This document shows positions 62,799-64,000 of a DNA stretch of 64,000 bases, piece by piece. Position 1 is the first letter of the stretch, and every line of letters begins with the position of its first letter. The stretch comes from Octopus sinensis. Its lineage: Eukaryota. A program made the translations under genes and the position numbers. The notes beneath the pieces were generated by a model that had not been told where the DNA came from, ran no database searches, and was given only the letters and a program-made list of their open reading frames with translations. The stretch lies in assembly GCF_006345805.1 (NCBI RefSeq), contig NC_043009.1, positions 22,320,001 through 22,384,000 on the forward strand, in the 5' to 3' direction.

Positions 62799-63567
62799 TT
62801 AACCATAAAACAACCCCAGTACTTGATGAAGTTGACTCCTGTTGTTTTCTTTTGTCATTCATCTATTCAATAACATTGTATACTCTTTGCCGACCTGCTA
62901 ACTTATAGAAAGTGTCTGAGGCAGAAAAAGACCAATAATTGACAGCTCTTTGCCATCGGACCTAACCAATACAATGGAGAATATTGAGTTCTTGTGTGAA
63001 GACATGTTGCCAAAAGGTTAGAGTAACAGACTCCCAATTGTAACATAATGAGTTGATTCCCAGCAGCACATTGAGTCCTTGAACAAGACTCTTTATTTCA
63101 CATTGCTCCAGTCCACTCAACTGGCAAAAATGAGAAGTACCTTATTTCAAAGGGCCAGCTTTGTCACATTCTGTGTAATGCTGAATCTCCGTGAGAACTA
63201 TGTTAAGGGTATGTGTGTCTGCGGAGTGCTCAGCCACTTGCAAGTTAATTTCACAAGCAGATGGTTCCGTTGATTGTATCAACCAGAACCTTTGTCGTTG
63301 TAATTGACATGTCAGTTTATATTGAGTCCTAACAACTGGAGATTGGTACCACTATCGTTAAGTGACATTGTCTTACACACACTCACAATGCATACTTACA
63401 GTCATTGGACTGTGGCCATGCTGGAGATACCTTGAAGGGTTTTAGTCAAACAAAAGCACTTACTCTATCGGTGTCTTTTGGTGAACTGCTAAGTTACAGG
63501 GACATAAACAAACCAATACTGGTTACCAAGTGGTAGGGTTTGATGTGACAAACACTGACACAAAGAC

Positions 63568-63600
<33 letters not shown>

Positions 63601-64000
63601 TATATATATATACACACACATATATATATACATATACACACACACACACACATATATACATGATGGTTTTCCACAGTTACCGTCTACCAAATTGCTCAAG
63701 AACACAACACACAGCCCAGTCCGGGAATCAAACTCACTATCTCATGATTGTGAGCTCAAAGTTCTAACCATTGATCCATGCGCCTTCACACGCAAACACA
63801 CACACACAAATCGGAAGGTCAGTGTTGTTTATATTCAATGTTTAAACAATGAAAATTCCATACAGCTTAAATGGCTTGCAGAGCCAGTTCACCAAGTCTT
63901 TCACTCATTTAAAATTACATGCGATGAGAGGCAAATACCATCTGAAACAATAGGATGCTAACCTATTGTAGAATTTTCTTCTATTTTCTTGTACTTAACT

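Overview
Eukaryotic (animal) genomic DNA that is AT-rich and dense in microsatellites and transposons. The SINE/RTE repeat content looks like an octopus or other coleoid cephalopod (inferred, not database-checked). The only well-supported host gene is on the minus strand: seven coding exons (58535 down to 16355) splice in frame with GT-AG boundaries into the C-terminal ~750 aa of a GEMIN5 ortholog, and its WD40-encoding 5' part lies beyond the window. The rest is mobile DNA: a Merlin/IS1595 transposase remnant with TIR clusters, a GC-rich CR1-group LINE with a duplicated ORF1 segment and an inverted RT half, a near-complete RTE LINE with a PHD-like finger, a deleted mariner, hAT and piggyBac MITEs, Helitrons and at least two tRNA-derived SINE families. 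Most notable are (1) a non-coding 594-nt-period element at 38872-39706 carrying an intact type I hammerhead ribozyme motif with a 70-nt stem II (retrozyme or Penelope pLTR-like) and (2) two long, near-perfect palindromes in GEMIN5 introns (351-bp arms at 29707-30417; 105-bp arms at 46523-46736). All calls were made by reading the sequence; no database searches were run.
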